Origin: Eledone cirrhosa
Taxonomy: Eukaryota
DNA: 64,000 nt
Assembly (NCBI GenBank): GCA_964016885.1
Contig: OZ024749.1
Coordinates: 24,242,001-24,306,000 of the forward strand
Direction: 5' to 3'
Shown: positions 40,801 through 55,859 of the stretch, in pieces
How the letters are laid out: each line of letters opens with the position of its first letter
Position numbering within the stretch: position 1 is the first letter of the stretch
Program-made: the position numbers and the translations under genes
The notes under the pieces: model-generated
The model's database searches: none
The model's input: the letters and a program-made list of their open reading frames with translations, nothing else
What the model was told of the DNA's origin: nothing

Positions 40801-41159
40801 GAGGCTACAAGATACTTAAAACATTTTGATTCCAGCCACTCACTACTGGATATGTTATTAATACTCAAATCTATTACAGGCGGTCATGATTTCGTTCTAA
40901 TTTTACGAACGTGATACAAAGCTGTCTGAGAAAACATATCAAAAACTCCGTTCTAATATTTAATAAACTCAACGCGCTTCCTTTGTTGCTTTTCTTCTAT
41001 TTTTATTTTTATTTTCATTTCTGTGCTATATCTATTTCAGTATACTTATAAGGTATTGATTTTCTTTTTCTTTGCTTTTTGCTTTCTACTTATACATCAG
41101 TGGAGTGTGTCATGATGGGGGAAAATATAGACATCGTCACGTGAATTAATAACAGCGGT

Positions 41160-41191
41160 GCTGTATTAGTTTCAAACACTTCATCAGCAAC
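41160..41191 (-). ncRNA. Minimal type I hammerhead ribozyme
   Basis: GTTG-CTGATGA-AGTGTTT-GAAA-CTAA-TA-CAGC; stem II is about 1 bp. Confidence 0.65.
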
Positions 41192-41354
41192 TATATATAT
41201 TCTGTTTTCTAATGATTTTTGTAATATTAGTCATCGTTCATTTTCCTGAGTACTTGTCAGATTTTGATGCTCTCTATTCTGATACTTCTAGAAAACAATT
41301 TGAGTTTCAAGCAACTTTCATTTGCTCGCTTCTCTCTGTTCAAAAATGAAAGAA

Positions 41355-41600
41355 AGTATTGGAGGAGCTGGTGCAGTTATGTACCAGCATCTATGTATAG
41401 TCGGTCATCAGAAGAAAGGAGGTAGGTGTAAAAGCCAAAAAAGCTATGTTCAATGTGGTGTCCGTGCCTACCCTCAGCTAATGTAATAAATATTGCGTAA
41501 AGATGTAAGAATTACTACAAACAATAACAGTGGCTGAAATAGGGTTACCAGAAAGGTTTTCGGGAAATGTTACACGACGTGAGTGGCTCTGAGATCTGAT
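41355..41600 (+). pseudogene. Decayed RTE/Rex3-like LINE RT C-terminal fragment
   Basis: SVIRRKEVGVKAKKAMFNVVSVPTLS and ITVAE, with stops and frameshifts. Confidence 0.55.
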
Positions 41601-41728
41601 GAGAATACTTAAAGAAAAAAATAGGTGCACATATCTTACAAGACCCAAATGATGTCAAGTCTTCTTTTAATAATTTCGAGGACGATTTATAATCTGGTCC
41701 AGTACTAGAGTTAATGTTTTATTTATAT

Positions 41729-41837
41729 AATTGTTTCTACTTTTGGCACAAGGCCAGCAATTATCCCAGTGCATTTCTGGTACTTTATTTCATCGACCCC
41801 GTAAGGATAAAAGGCAAAGTTAACCTCGGCAGGATTT
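41729..41837 (-). mobile_element. Family-A SINE, 5'-truncated
   Basis: Body and tail match. Confidence 0.85.
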
Positions 41838-41872
41838 TATTTATATAATATTTAACAAAAAAATAGAAATAT

Positions 41873-41933
<61 letters not shown>

Positions 41934-41974
41934 GTATAGAAATATAGCTATATATATATAGGGAATTTAATCAT

Positions 41975-42590
41975 AGAGCAGACTGGAACTGAGACCCGAC
42001 CCCAAAGGTACCGTGGTCCATCCGGATCTACCCAGATTGATAGCAAAAAATGTAACTGCAGAAGCACCGCCACCTGCCCATGGCTGGGAAATGCCTTACC
42101 AAAAACATAGTCTACGACTGTAAGGTATCCACTCCTTATAGAACATTTAGGTATGTTGGGGCAACTGCCACGGAATTTAAGGGTAGATGGTATAATCACC
42201 GCCATACCTTTAATAGATTAGATAAAAAAAATAACACGGCACTTTCGGAATTAGTCTGGAAGCTTAAACATCAGAATATAGAACACTCCTTATCCTGGTC
42301 CATAGTTTGCTCAGCCCAACCTCATAACGGCAGCACGGGCGTCTGCATTTTATGTATAACTGAAACTTTTCATATTATTAGAGGCGCCCCCCTATTAATT
42401 AATAGAAGAGCGGATTTTTTCAGCAACTGTCAACACAGAACCTCGAAAACCTTCCGCAGGATTTTTGAAAGGTAACCTACCAATAACTCCTCCCTCTCTA
42501 CTTTAGCCATAGAGTTCTCTCAATAAACGGACAGCCACACACGTAGGTAGTTAGACGGCTAAGATTGTTTGCGCACTTGCAAACGATACT
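41975..42590 (+). mobile_element. PLE 3' fragment (CxC linker plus GIY-YIG)
   Basis: CNCRSTATCPMAGKC, IVYDC, YVGATATEFKGRWYNH, CILCITE; flanked by (TA)n. Confidence 0.9.
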
Positions 42591-43388
42591 ATTATATATA
42601 ATATATATATATATTATATATATATAATTTAATATATAATGTATATATATATTATATATATATTGTATATATATAATTTAATATATAATGTATATATATA
42701 TTATATATATATTATATATATATATTATATATATATTATATATATATATATTATTTTATATATATTGTATATATATATTATATATATATTATATATATAT
42801 ATTATATATATATTGTATATATATATTGTATATATATATTATATATATATTATATATATATATCATATATATATTATATATATATATCTATTATATATAT
42901 AATCTGTATATAATATATATATATATATACTATATATATATATATATATAATATATATCATATATATATAATATATATATAATATATATATATAATATAT
43001 ATATAATATATATATAATATATATAGTATATATAATATATATATAATATATATAATATATATATAATATATATAATATATATATAATATATATAATATAT
43101 ATAATATATATATATAATATATATAATATATATATAATATATATAATATATATATATAATATATATATAATATATATATTTAATATATATATAATATATA
43201 TATTTAATATATATATAATATATATATTTAATATATATATAATATATATATAATATATATATAATATATATATAATATATATATATAATATATATATAAT
43301 ATATATATAATATATATATAATATATATATAATATATATATAATATATATATATAATATATATAATATATAATATATATATTTTATAT

Positions 43389-43431
<43 letters not shown>

Positions 43432-44959
43432 TTTATATATATAATATATATTTATATATATATAATATATATATAATATATATATATACATATAATATAT
43501 ATAATATATAATATATATATATAATATATATATACAATATATAATATATATATATATATATATAATATATATATATATATATAATATATATATATATTAT
43601 AAATATATTATATATATATATATAATCTTCAAAAGATCATCATATACACCTTGCAGTTAGCTGGACCGTCACATCCTCTATATAATGATGTATTTACTCT
43701 TGCACATCACCGAAGCCGAATATCAGATCAAATAGCTACTCCTAGGGAAATCTATGTTTACCAAGGTAGACAGAACTGTATACACAGACACACGTGGACG
43801 CAGAGTCATTGACACACATACATACTCATATGTTTATATATATATGTGTGAGTGTTTGTATTTATATGCACATACATGTATGTGTGTATATATAATTATA
43901 TTTATATACACATGTAAGTGTATATATATATGTGTGTGTGTCTGAGTGTTTGTATGTAGGTAAGTATGTATTTATAGGCACATACATGTATGCGTGTGTA
44001 TATATATATATTTATATATACATGTGTGTGTGTATATATATATATATTTATATATACATGTGTGTGTGTATATACATCTATACATCTGTGTGTGTATGTG
44101 AGTGCGTGTGTATGTGTGTGTATATATATATATATATATATAAACATAAATTATGATATTCAACCTTGTTTTAGATGACATACATTTCATCCGCGCGTGC
44201 GTGCGTGCGTGCGTAGCGAGAGAGAGGGAGAGAGAGAGAAAGATAGCTTTTGTGTTTGTGTGTCATTTTTGGCATTTGTTTATTACTATCACAACGTCTT
44301 TCTATGTCACTCCATATACATGTGTCTGTTCATAAACATGACACTATCTCCACACCGGTATGTGAAACTCATATGGAAATCTCTATAACATAGTAAGATA
44401 TCGATTATTTTGTTCTGCACTACAAAAGATTTCCTGTAACCAATTCAGATATGAAAGCTAGATAGACATATATTTAGTGAAATGTATCCGAATTCACTCA
44501 ATCTTGGCTAGATGATTCCAAAATCAGATCGGAAAATATTTAGAATAAAAGAACGTGTCAAATACTTACAAAAAAAAACACACACACACAAATAGACGCA
44601 CAGACACGCACACACACATATATATATCTAATATATATTTGTGAAATGGGCGGTCGTTGAAATTCAAATGTGTACGGTTAAATGGTAGTAGACGTGGTCG
44701 GACTGACATGAAAATGTACACACCTATGTAAAAAGTGCCATGTAAGCAAATAGACGAGATTTTAAATCTCTACCTTGAAAAATGTGGTCCCTGGGGCCCT
44801 AAAACTATCGCGTTCGGTGAGTTATTTCCCCCTGTTCTAATACTTTTGTCGTATTTACAATTTCATCATCCTTCTACATTTAACGATCATACAGTACCGT
44901 TTTATGAAATCGATTCTGCAGTACGGTCACTGTTTTCCATCAAAAGAAATAAAACCCTC

Positions 44960-45469
44960 GGCGATACTTTTAGTGTCCTAAATTATCATCACCGACATTC
45001 AATTATTAGCTCCACCCACTACACGATACGTCACGAAAGTAAATGTTTCGAAAACATTTTAAACTGTATATCGTAACAATATAGTGTTTAAAGACATTTT
45101 TTTTCTGTTGTTAAAAACTGTAAATCTGTTTTTAAAAAAATGTATTTAGCAGCAATTTTTTTTTCTGTTAAAAACTGTAAATAAATATTCATGTAAAAAT
45201 GAAGCATAGTTTTTCTGTGAAAAACTAAATAAATATTTATTTTGTTCAAAAATTAAATCAAAAATCTAATTTTCTCTGTTAATATTTTAATAAATATTTA
45301 TTCTAAAAATTCAATGTTTTTTCGTGTAAAAATGAAGCATGTAAGAAAATGAACATGTAAAAATCAAGCCGCAGCAGCTGATGACGTGTCGTGATGTATC
45401 GTGTAGTGGGTGGAGCTAATAATTTAATGTGGATGATGATAATTTAGGACACTAAAACCAAGTATCGCC
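44960..45469. mobile_element. MITE with about 75-85-bp TIRs starting GG and an 8-bp TSD (Merlin-like)
   Basis: GGCGATACT..AGTATCGCC termini; flanks AAACCCTC and AAACCCTT. Confidence 0.8.
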
Positions 45470-45533
45470 AAACCCTTAAATTGCGAAGAAGGGACGCGTG
45501 TTTTTATTTTAAATCTAATACATGTTAACCACC

Positions 45534-45718
45534 ACGGATTGGCAGTATCGGTAGAGAGTCGGACACCATGCTTTCCAGCATGGTTACGTCCCTTTACAGT
45601 CTGAGTTCAAATCCCGCCGAGGTTTACTTTGCCTGTCATCCTTACGGGGTCGATAAAATAAAGTACCAGTAATACACTGGTTAATTGCTGGCCTTGTACC
45701 TAAAGTAGAAACAATTAT
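45534..45718 (+). mobile_element. Family-A SINE
   Basis: A and B boxes, body, tail. Confidence 0.9.
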
Positions 45719-46057
45719 TTCTGAAGATGGCGGGTAGCGAAGACGTATGTATCTTTTTCTTACTATGATATTTTGTAATAAGTTTTACATAGATCAATAA
45801 TTGAATGAACATACAGCGAACTACCACCCCCCCCCACACACACACACAAACGATCGTAAAAGAATGAGTTTTACTATGAATCAAAAGTTTTGTGTTTAAT
45901 TTCATTGTTTTAATATTTCTATTTTGACTCTGTATCCAATTGAATTATATCGTTGATAACATTTTTGTATTTTAAACTTTGCTTCACGACATCTACATAC
46001 GGATTACATTGAGTTCTTTATACGGTTTAGACCCTACCATTGAGTGGTAGATTTATC

Positions 46058-46103
<46 letters not shown>

Positions 46104-46280
46104 ATAGTAAGGTGCATTATTGGTTGTGTAAAAAGGTCCAATAACTTTATGTTAGCAATATAAGTCCTCCAAGCTTTTGTATATCTCCAATTCCATTCGA
46201 GGGAACAGCTAGATGATGTAAAACGGAGTATAAGTATCAAAATGAAAATCCGAAGGCAAGGTAAAATTCCAATAATTTAA

Positions 46281-46354
46281 TCACGACACATGTTTCAATA
46301 AGAGATAGATCGATTTTGAAGCCATGATAGATTATCACTGATCTCATCAGGTGA
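46281..46354 (-). ncRNA. Type I hammerhead ribozyme
   Basis: TCAC-CTGATGA-long stem II-GAAA-CATGTG-TC-GTGA, then TTAAA. Confidence 0.8.
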
Positions 46355-47503
46355 AAATGAATTGTCTTCAAATTCTCGATATGAGGGAGAAAAATAACGA
46401 TGTTCTCTCACAGAATTCATTTCCTCATATGGAGACACACCAGTCAGTCAGAGACATGGCGACTGCTATTAGCTTTAGTTGAGGTCATAAAAGTTTTCAG
46501 ATTTCTATCGCTTCAAAAGACGCTGGACATCAATCAAATCTGTAGGGATACAGTCAGTCACAGTTAAAAGTGAATGGGTACACACACACTCCACACATAC
46601 ATACATCGGCTCGAGGTCAAAGAAAAATATATACATATATATACACACACCAACACAGTATAAAACCCGTAGAATTAGCGTGCGTGGGTACACACACACT
46701 TTTATACACACCGAAGCGATGACCGAGAAAAAACAAATATAAGAATGTACCAACACAGCACTCACCGAAAGTTAGTTATGTCGGTCAAATCTCAATTTGA
46801 CGATGTAAATTGCAAATATTGGGTAAACCAACGCTACACACACGCGCGTGCGAGCAAGTAAGTTCAGTTCAGTGTTCTGCTATACGTGTATAGATAGAAT
46901 TGTAACATCCATATCTTCAAGTGTGTTATGGTATATACGCATCCGAATGGTCCACAAAATGTGAAGAGCAAGCAATCAGCTCATGTCGAACTCCTTGTGT
47001 ACCGTTGTCCCGTTGAGAATCCGTGTCACCAAAATCCGTGCGTGCAAGCAACTGCAATGTGGGCCGGCAAAGGGCTCCGTGTAGGGTTGGGTATTGGGTA
47101 AATGCGTCCGCAAGTGCGATTTCCCGTCACATGTGCCAATGAGCTTTTAAGATAGTTGTTTTAGTGGTGGAGGTGTGTCATCCAACACAGAAGGTGAAGT
47201 CGGAAAACACAGGACAGTAAAATCCAAAGGATGTGTGTAGGCCCATTAATGGTGTGTCAGTATTATTGTCCAATCCGTAACAGTGAGTCCTCCATGGTTA
47301 GATGATCACGCATCAAAAGCTGGTGTAGTGTTCAGTCGGTAGGAACGTGACAGTCGTAAATGTGGGCGCTCAATGTCTAAGGGAAACGGGTACTGTGCGT
47401 AGAGCTATGTATAGAGAGCGTAATCGGTCCTAACTAAGTGTGTAATCAATCTAACTATTTACTAGCTAGGTATTCTAAAAGAGAGCACTCAGCTGTGAGA
47501 ACT

Positions 47504-47536
<33 letters not shown>

Positions 47537-48339
47537 TATATATATATAATATATATATAATATATATATAATATATATATATAATATATATATATAATAT
47601 ATATATATAAAATATATATATCTAATATATATATCTAATATATATATAATTATAATATATATATATATATATAATATATATATAATATATATATATATAA
47701 TATATATATAATATATATATATATAATATATATATATTATATATATATATTATATATATATATATATACTATATATATAATATATATATATAATATATAT
47801 ATATTATATATATATATATATATATTATAATTATATATATATTAGATATATATATTAGATATATATATATAATATATGATATAGAATATATATATATATA
47901 ATATATGATATATAATATATATATATAATATATGATATATGATATATAATATATATATATAATATATTATATATAATGTATATATATATATAATATATGA
48001 TATATATAATATATATATATGATATATAATATATATATATATATAAAATATGATATATAATATATATATATAATATATAATATATATATTATATATATAT
48101 GATATATAATATATATATGATATATAATATATATATATATATAATATATGATATATAATATATATATATAATATATATATATAATATATGATATATAATA
48201 TATATATAATATATATAATATATATAATATATATATATAATATAGATATATATGATATATATATATAATATATATATATAATATATGATATATAATATAT
48301 ATATATATGATATATAATATATATATATAATATATGATC

Positions 48340-50143
48340 TCTCCTACAGCAACACACCAAACTTTGCACAAAACATCGTCTCCTCTTACAACAATAAACT
48401 CAACCCCTATGGAAGAAATAACCTAAATAGCAGTGGAGAGACGACCAGGAGGTGCAACTGTCCTGATGGATCCATTTGCCCCCTCGAAAATAGATGCAGA
48501 GATCGTAATGTGATCTACCAGTGCAACGTGAGGACGGACACCTCCAACAAGACTTATATAGGATTAACCGCATGTGACTTCAAGACCCGGCTATACCAAC
48601 ACAGTCATACCTTCCGCAACCCGGCCCGGTTCACGCCACCACACTTTCGGGCCACATCTTGGACCTCAAGGATAACAATATTACCTATGATCTCACTTGG
48701 AGCTTACTGTCCAGAGCCAACTCTTACACGGGAGGACGCCGTCCGTGCAATTTATGCGCGGAGGAAACTTTACAAATACTGTTTTCGACGGTCCAACTCT
48801 TAAACAAGAAAGATGAACTGTTAACTGCATGCAAACACAGATTGCGTAGGAATTACCTCGCCCTCAAACCCCATAATGACCCCGGGGGGGGGGTAGACAA
48901 TGGCTGTAACACCCCACTTGCCGATTTTGTAATGGGTAACCCCTGCTTGCAAAGGTAGACGCAAGATCTTCCTTTATATCTTTTTATCGCTTCCTCTATA
49001 TTTTCTTCTTCCCCCATCCCTTCCTAGCACTTCCACCCCAGTCCTCTTTCTTTGTTGTCATCCTTTTCACTTTCTCGCCCAACCGAGGCAGCTACTCGGT
49101 CCTTTGTAGCCTCAGTACCCCCACCCTCTTCCCCTATTCTGTGATAGAATTGGCTCACTCCGCTTTTTATAGCAGATGTGATAGACCCCGGATACTTGCC
49201 TTCTTATCCGATGGGTGCCCCTTTTCCGTGCTTTCTACATTTCTTAGTGATATCTTTATTTTAATTTCTCGTATATCAGTATTTTTTTTCGGGGGGGAGG
49301 GGGGGGGGGGCGAATTCTGAATTAATTTTCCGTATCAAATTTTTCATATACTTCGTACGAGCATTTATGTAGTTTGCACTAGAATTTTTTGTATCGTAGC
49401 GGCACCCATAGACATAGTATTAGTATTCTTTTTCGGGATTCTGAATTATTATTTCGTGGTAGTTCCTTTTGTATTTTGCCCCGCCCCCCACATTTGTTGA
49501 CCCGTCACCGTAAGCTATACTCGGTTGATTACTACTACCTCTTAAAAGGGTCTCATTATAATTCCGTCCCACCTAGTAAACTTTTCTTTAGTCTAGCAGT
49601 ACCACCGAGAGACTTAATAGCTGTCCTTAGAGAATAGTAACCAGAATTTGTTTTTATATTTAATTGTTTTTTTAACATTCTCGGTATTTTTCTATATATT
49701 TACCCCATATTGTTATACCGATTGTTTCGACTTCCTCCCGCTCCCCCTCCCTAGTATATTTCCTTGACCTCCTGCCCTGCTGTAGTTGGTACTATCAACG
49801 CACGACTGGGTTTCATCCACCCCCTCACCCTCTTTCTTCTACTGGCAGTTTCAGCTACCCCTTCCGTCCACAAATTGCCATGATAGAATTATGTGTCTCA
49901 ACAACAAACTTTTGACCAATCCTTGTGACAATCACTTTTACCATATATGGAATTACCCTCTGAGAAGCTCGGCTATTCATATACGAGGATAAAAATGTTC
50001 ATTTAGTCCAGAATTAGCCGTCGAATCGGCTTGAGTTCAGCCGTCGGGGTCCTACTCGTTCCTATTACCCACTCTACTACCCTAAGTATCGAGTACTTTG
50101 GTGCGATATGGTCCACCTGGTTCCTTACCACATTTCCTTCGTT
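48340..50143 (+). mobile_element. PLE 3' fragment (CxC linker plus frameshifted GIY-YIG) with long 3' region
   Basis: CNCPDGSICPLENRC, VIYQC, YIGLTACDFKTRLYQH, CNLCAEE, LLNKKDE. The terminal 50008-50143 also occurs at about 36873-37009. Extent of the 3' region is inferred. Confidence 0.8.
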
Positions 50144-50610
50144 ATATATATATATATAATATATATATATAATATATGATATAAAATATATATATATATA
50201 TAATATATATATAATATATATATATAATATATGATATATTATATATGATATATAATATATGATATATAATATATGATATATAATATATGATATATAAGAT
50301 ATGATATATAATATATGATATATAATATATATATATATAATGTATGATATATGATATATGATATATAATATATATATATAAAATTATAAAAATTATGTTG
50401 TAATGTGCGCAATTAGTTGTGTGTGACCCTCAGCAGCACATATACGACCCATATGGCCCTTGAGGGACCCTCACATTGACATGCCTGCTTTAAATTCTTT
50501 AAGTTTCCCTATATTTTCATACCAAAGAATAAAACAATCAATTAGATATCTCTTCCAGTAATTTTCTGTGCAGGTAGGAAATTCCGCATTATACTAGTAC
50601 TTACCTAATA

Positions 50611-50825
50611 ATTATTTCTACGTTTGGCACAAGGCCCCTAATTACACAGTACATTACTGGTACTTTATTTTATCGACCCCCGTTGGGATGAAAGGCAAAG
50701 TTAACCTCGGCGGGATTTGAACTCAGATCGTAAAGGGACGTAACTAGTACTTACATAATAATGATTTCTACTTTAGGTATAAAAGCCAACAATTTGGGGG
50801 GAGGGGAAAGCCGATTAAATCAACT
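50611..50825 (-). mobile_element. Family-A SINE with TSD-like flanks, next to an older SINE tail
   Basis: ACTAGTACTTAC.TAATA at 50593 and 50743. Confidence 0.85.
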
Positions 50826-51148
50826 CTATTTATGTAGCTTTTAATATGTTTAAGGATGTTGCTAAGGTGGTAGGTTTCGCAAGTGGAGCATGCTATTATA
50901 GATCTTAATTTGAGGTCATTATGTGAAGGGATATTGATGAATATATCTGTGATTCCTTTGTATGTGTTACTTATATTTTCACTTTTATGTATCTTAGGAA
51001 TACCAAATAAAAACTAGATTCACTCATTAATTTCTGCTGACTGTAGTGTTCGGCCTTTTCAGTATATGTTTCGTCTTCTAAAATGGAGATAACTATAGTT
51101 ATCCGTCTCCAATATGACTGTATGTAAGTATATTCATATATGTACATA

Positions 51149-51530
51149 CATGGTGGCTGCCAACTGGTTTTCGAGTACGGCCACTACTTTATATCCATGT
51201 AGGAGAACCCCTACCGATGCGCTGAACGAGTGTGACTTTTTAGTCCAGCCAGCGACTTGAAAACTCTGGTACAAACACTACACCTGTGACAATTATTGAC
51301 ACATAGTGTTGGGCCCATGGTACCATGTGACGACAAGTGCAGAGAGATCTCCAGATATAAAGCAATGCCTGTGACGTGAAGCTTTTATAGTGAGCAAAGG
51401 CACTGCACAAAGCCAGCCCCACTCTCTTAACCAAGAAGATATTTACCAAAAAGAAGAACAAGTCACCCTCCTCACCAAGAACCCTTGGTGGGGTTGCCAG
51501 TTTAGTCGCCAACGAGCCGGCCATGAGACA
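51149..51530 (-). mobile_element. Second copy of the 19742 element, 5'-truncated and internally deleted
   Basis: Aligns to about 19786-19856 joined to about 20037-20346. Confidence 0.8.
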
Positions 51531-51602
<72 letters not shown>

Positions 51603-51631
51603 TGTGTTTAGGGTGTATATATATGTGTATA

Positions 51632-51669
<38 letters not shown>

Positions 51670-51954
51670 TGTAAACATGCAAACAGATATTTATATTTAT
51701 AAGTGCATGGAAATAAGATTTAAAATCATTGTTTCTTGAGGTGAGATACATAATCACTACCGGTGCCTTAAAACTCAACAGGTAATGGACTTCATGCATT
51801 TGTTTATTTGAAATAAATATACCTGGAAAATATAAACATTAAAATGTAACATATTAACTACATTATGGAATAACAAGAAGTTTCGGTGACCTACATTACT
51901 CGTCTGACTCCCTTAGAGCTTGAACTACATCATGGTTATCTGTCTATTAAAGTA

Positions 51955-52031
<77 letters not shown>

Positions 52032-52041
52032 CTCTCTCTTC

Positions 52042-52081
<40 letters not shown>

Positions 52082-52170
52082 ATATATATATATATAATTG
52101 GTGTTGGATGCTTAAAGCGGCCGTATGCAGTACCGTTTGAGCACTCAATGCTCTCATAGAGCAGAGTATG

Positions 52171-52449
52171 ATATCACAAAAAAAAGAGAATCAGTGTTGC
52201 AACGAATGGAATTTATTGGACATTACAATCGTTTCTGTGGCGACCAGCTCGAGGCACGATCGATGTGATGATCGAACCTGGGAAAATCTGCTTCGTACAA
52301 TCAAGACGTATCTGAGGACCTTGCGATTTTCAGAGTCAGGTTCGGACATCAAATCGATCGTGCCTCGAGTTGATCACCAGAGAAACGATTGTAATGTCCA
52401 ATAAATTCCATTCGTCGCAACACTGATTCTCTTTTTTTTTCTGTGATAT
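52171..52449. repeat. About 280-bp fold-back element
   Basis: 52171-52280 is the reverse complement of 52337-52449 with scattered mismatches. Confidence 0.9.
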
Positions 52450-52499
52450 ATACGTGAATCTATACCATCTTCTTTCTCTTTCGCTCTCAACAATAATAA

Positions 52500-52597
52500 T
52501 TGTTTCTACTTCTGGCACAAGACCAGAAATTATCCCAGTATATTACTGGTACTTTATTTATCGAACCCGTAAGGAGGAAAGGCAAAGTTCACCTCGT
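52500..52597 (-). mobile_element. Family-A SINE fragment
   Basis: Body and tail match. Confidence 0.8.
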
Positions 52598-52738
52598 AAT
52601 AATAATAATAACGGTTTCTTAATCGACCAAAATATCTATATGTAAAATCACATTGCAAATCCATTCCTTTCAGCTAGCCTAACCTCCTTTGTACACAATC
52701 TCACACACATACCTCTCCCACGCACATATACACAGGCA

Positions 52739-52796
<58 letters not shown>

Positions 52797-53338
52797 TTCA
52801 TGCAATTGACTTATGTTTCGTCACTATATATGTATATATATATACATATATATATACATATATGTATTTACATATATATACATGTGTAAATATATATATG
52901 TATATATATATATATGTATATATATATATGTATATATATATCTATATATGTATGTATATATATATGTATTTATTTACATATATATGTATTTATTTACATA
53001 TATATATATATATATATATATGTATTTATTTACATATATATATATATATATATATGTATTTATTTACATACATATATATATATACATATATATATTTATT
53101 TACATACATATATGTATATATATATATGTATTTATTTACATATATATATGTATGTAAATATATATATCTATGTATATATATATATGTATATATACATATG
53201 TAAATATCTATATCTATGTATAGATATATATATATGTATTTACATATATATATATGTAAATATGTATATACTTGTATGTATTGTATATATGTATATATAT
53301 GTATGTATTGTATATATATATGCATGTATATATATATG

Positions 53339-53421
<83 letters not shown>

Positions 53422-53425
53422 AATC

Positions 53426-53463
<38 letters not shown>

Positions 53464-55264
53464 GTGTGTAATCATATATATACATATAGGAAAACACACA
53501 TATATATATATATAAATATCTGTTTGTGTGATTGGGTGTTTTAGTCTGGGTGGCTTTACGTTTCTAATTAATTAGGAAAGTTTTCTCAGAAATGATATCT
53601 CATTAATGCTCATAATTATTTATCATATATTTGGTCATATCTTCACCTACATCAATAGTCATCGAGACTACTTATTAAATATAATTAACTCTAGTGTTAA
53701 TACATTTAATACAGAAGCCATTGAAAAGCTCACTAATAATATTCATATCATAAATTGATTTACAATGATAATGCTTCGTGTATTAAATACGATACTAATA
53801 GCTCTATTGTTCCTAATATCGATGCTAAATTAACTATCGTGAAAACTACAACGCCTTCGCTATTTAGAACATAGGAATACTAGGGATTGCTGGGAGATAT
53901 CCCCAACGTTTCTAAAAATATATTCTCGAAGTTATACTTTCTGAGTTAAGCACAAGTACAGCAATAGTGGCGTATCCAATAGGTATATAATATTTGTTTC
54001 TACTTTTGGCACAAGGGCAGCAATCCCTAACGATTCGTCAAATAAACTACCTTAATATATTCATGTAATAATATTTTCTAATTTAGGAGCAACACCAATG
54101 CTAAGTTTTGGGGCCTTGAAATTCACCTTACGGTTTCGCATTATGAAACGGATGCCGAGTTGGGTTCTTAAACAAGGCTCTTCAATTCACGTTGTTTTCC
54201 ATTATAGTGCTGTATACTGTATTGGACAACCAAAACGAAATTAGATTTCTACATGCCGTCGAGTAGTTTAATCCGTTGGCATTATCTTTGTCTGACTGGA
54301 GTGTGGATCGCACCATTCTAGTCAGTTCACAACCTAAAAGAGACATGTGTGGATGAGAGGTTGTATATATATATATGTATATATATATATAGAGAGAGAG
54401 AGAGATAGATATAGATATATGCGTGTGTGCGTGTGTTTCTGTGTGTATATATACATCTCTATTTACATGTGTATCCTAATGTACATATCGAAAGTCATTT
54501 ATTTCTAACAATCAATTGTTTACGCAACATTTCTGGAATATTTGAACTGCTATTTCTAGGATGCAGATAGATCAGACCACGTAGAGGCTCCTATGTTGGC
54601 TCTAATACGTAATACGGTCTGGTTAATTTAGCTGTGTATCTGATTCACATTTAGTGTCCCCTTTATAACTATAATCATATTTTCATTTAGCCAGCCGTCT
54701 TGCAGTAATTTTATAGAGCGAGGTGAGAGATTATCCCATTTTTAGCACATTACTTACACATAACATAAATCTTTCAGCAAGAGAACATCTCGTAACGAGA
54801 ACCGCCATTGCTATCGATTATATAAATATAAAATATCGTTGATTCTCATTAATTGACACACTTAATTGGTTTAGCTGTCAATGCTTTTGTTCCATTGATA
54901 TATATATATGCCGATCTTGTTCAGCCATAGGTCAGCCATGACAGAGCAAACCTATGATCAAATGACTTTCAACTTATATCATCCTGTCTTTCATGTTAGA
55001 CATTGTGTCTCCTGGACTACAATTTAATTAGCCTACTTCCAATTTGAAGACAGGTAGCTGATGATTTGTGGGAAATAACAATAGCTATTCATACCAGTCA
55101 GCTCGTTCGAACAACCAGGCAGACGTTTCATCGCTGTTCTTTCCTATTATAGAAAATCCAGGGATGTTTCGTATCCTATCAAAATATCCAATCCCTTATG
55201 TTCTCCTATATGTATATATATATTTATATATACATATATATATATGTATATATGTATGTATATA

Positions 55265-55314
<50 letters not shown>

Positions 55315-55345
55315 TTGTATATATATGTATATATGTATGTATATT

Positions 55346-55407
<62 letters not shown>

Positions 55408-55859
55408 GCTTAGAGTTTAGACTCAAAGAGGTCATTTACAATCATTTCAGCTCTGCAAAACCTCGTGTATTTTCGCTACGCTAACCAGACCTTAGATATT
55501 TTTCTGAGGTAGAGTTATTTTATTTTTATCTGGGTACCTATTGATAAACACAGAAAAAGTTGCTTAACTCACTGCTAATTAGTTAATTATTTTACTATTA
55601 TACCATCCTTTGTGAAACATGTTTGAAGTTTGAAGTTCTGACCGATCTGCGGAAAAAGTTTGTATTTTCAATTTTAAACGTGTCTAGGTACCAAGGCTTT
55701 TTGCCCATATGAGTCTGTGAGTATTGATTTATTATTTTCTAGATCGTACAGGCAGACCTTATGTTGTTGAATTAAGATTTTTCACTCTAGCGATCTATTT
55801 AGTCAATTGCAACTATAACATGTAAATGTTCATCATATATATATATATATATATATTTA

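Noticed and set aside
45375-45400. CTGATGA motif
   Set aside because: No GAAA or stem I partner; lies at the inner edge of the MITE TIR
46760-47460. Higher-complexity stretch that might be a host exon or GIY-YIG relic
   Set aside because: No sustained ORF or recognisable motif; cannot be called
51060-51120. Hammerhead 3' half on the minus strand (similar halves at about 3072-3091 and 39218-39250)
   Set aside because: No CUGANGA core; at most truncated relics
55054-55090. CTGATGA..GAAA hammerhead-like string
   Set aside because: Stem I would overlap the core and stem II does not pair
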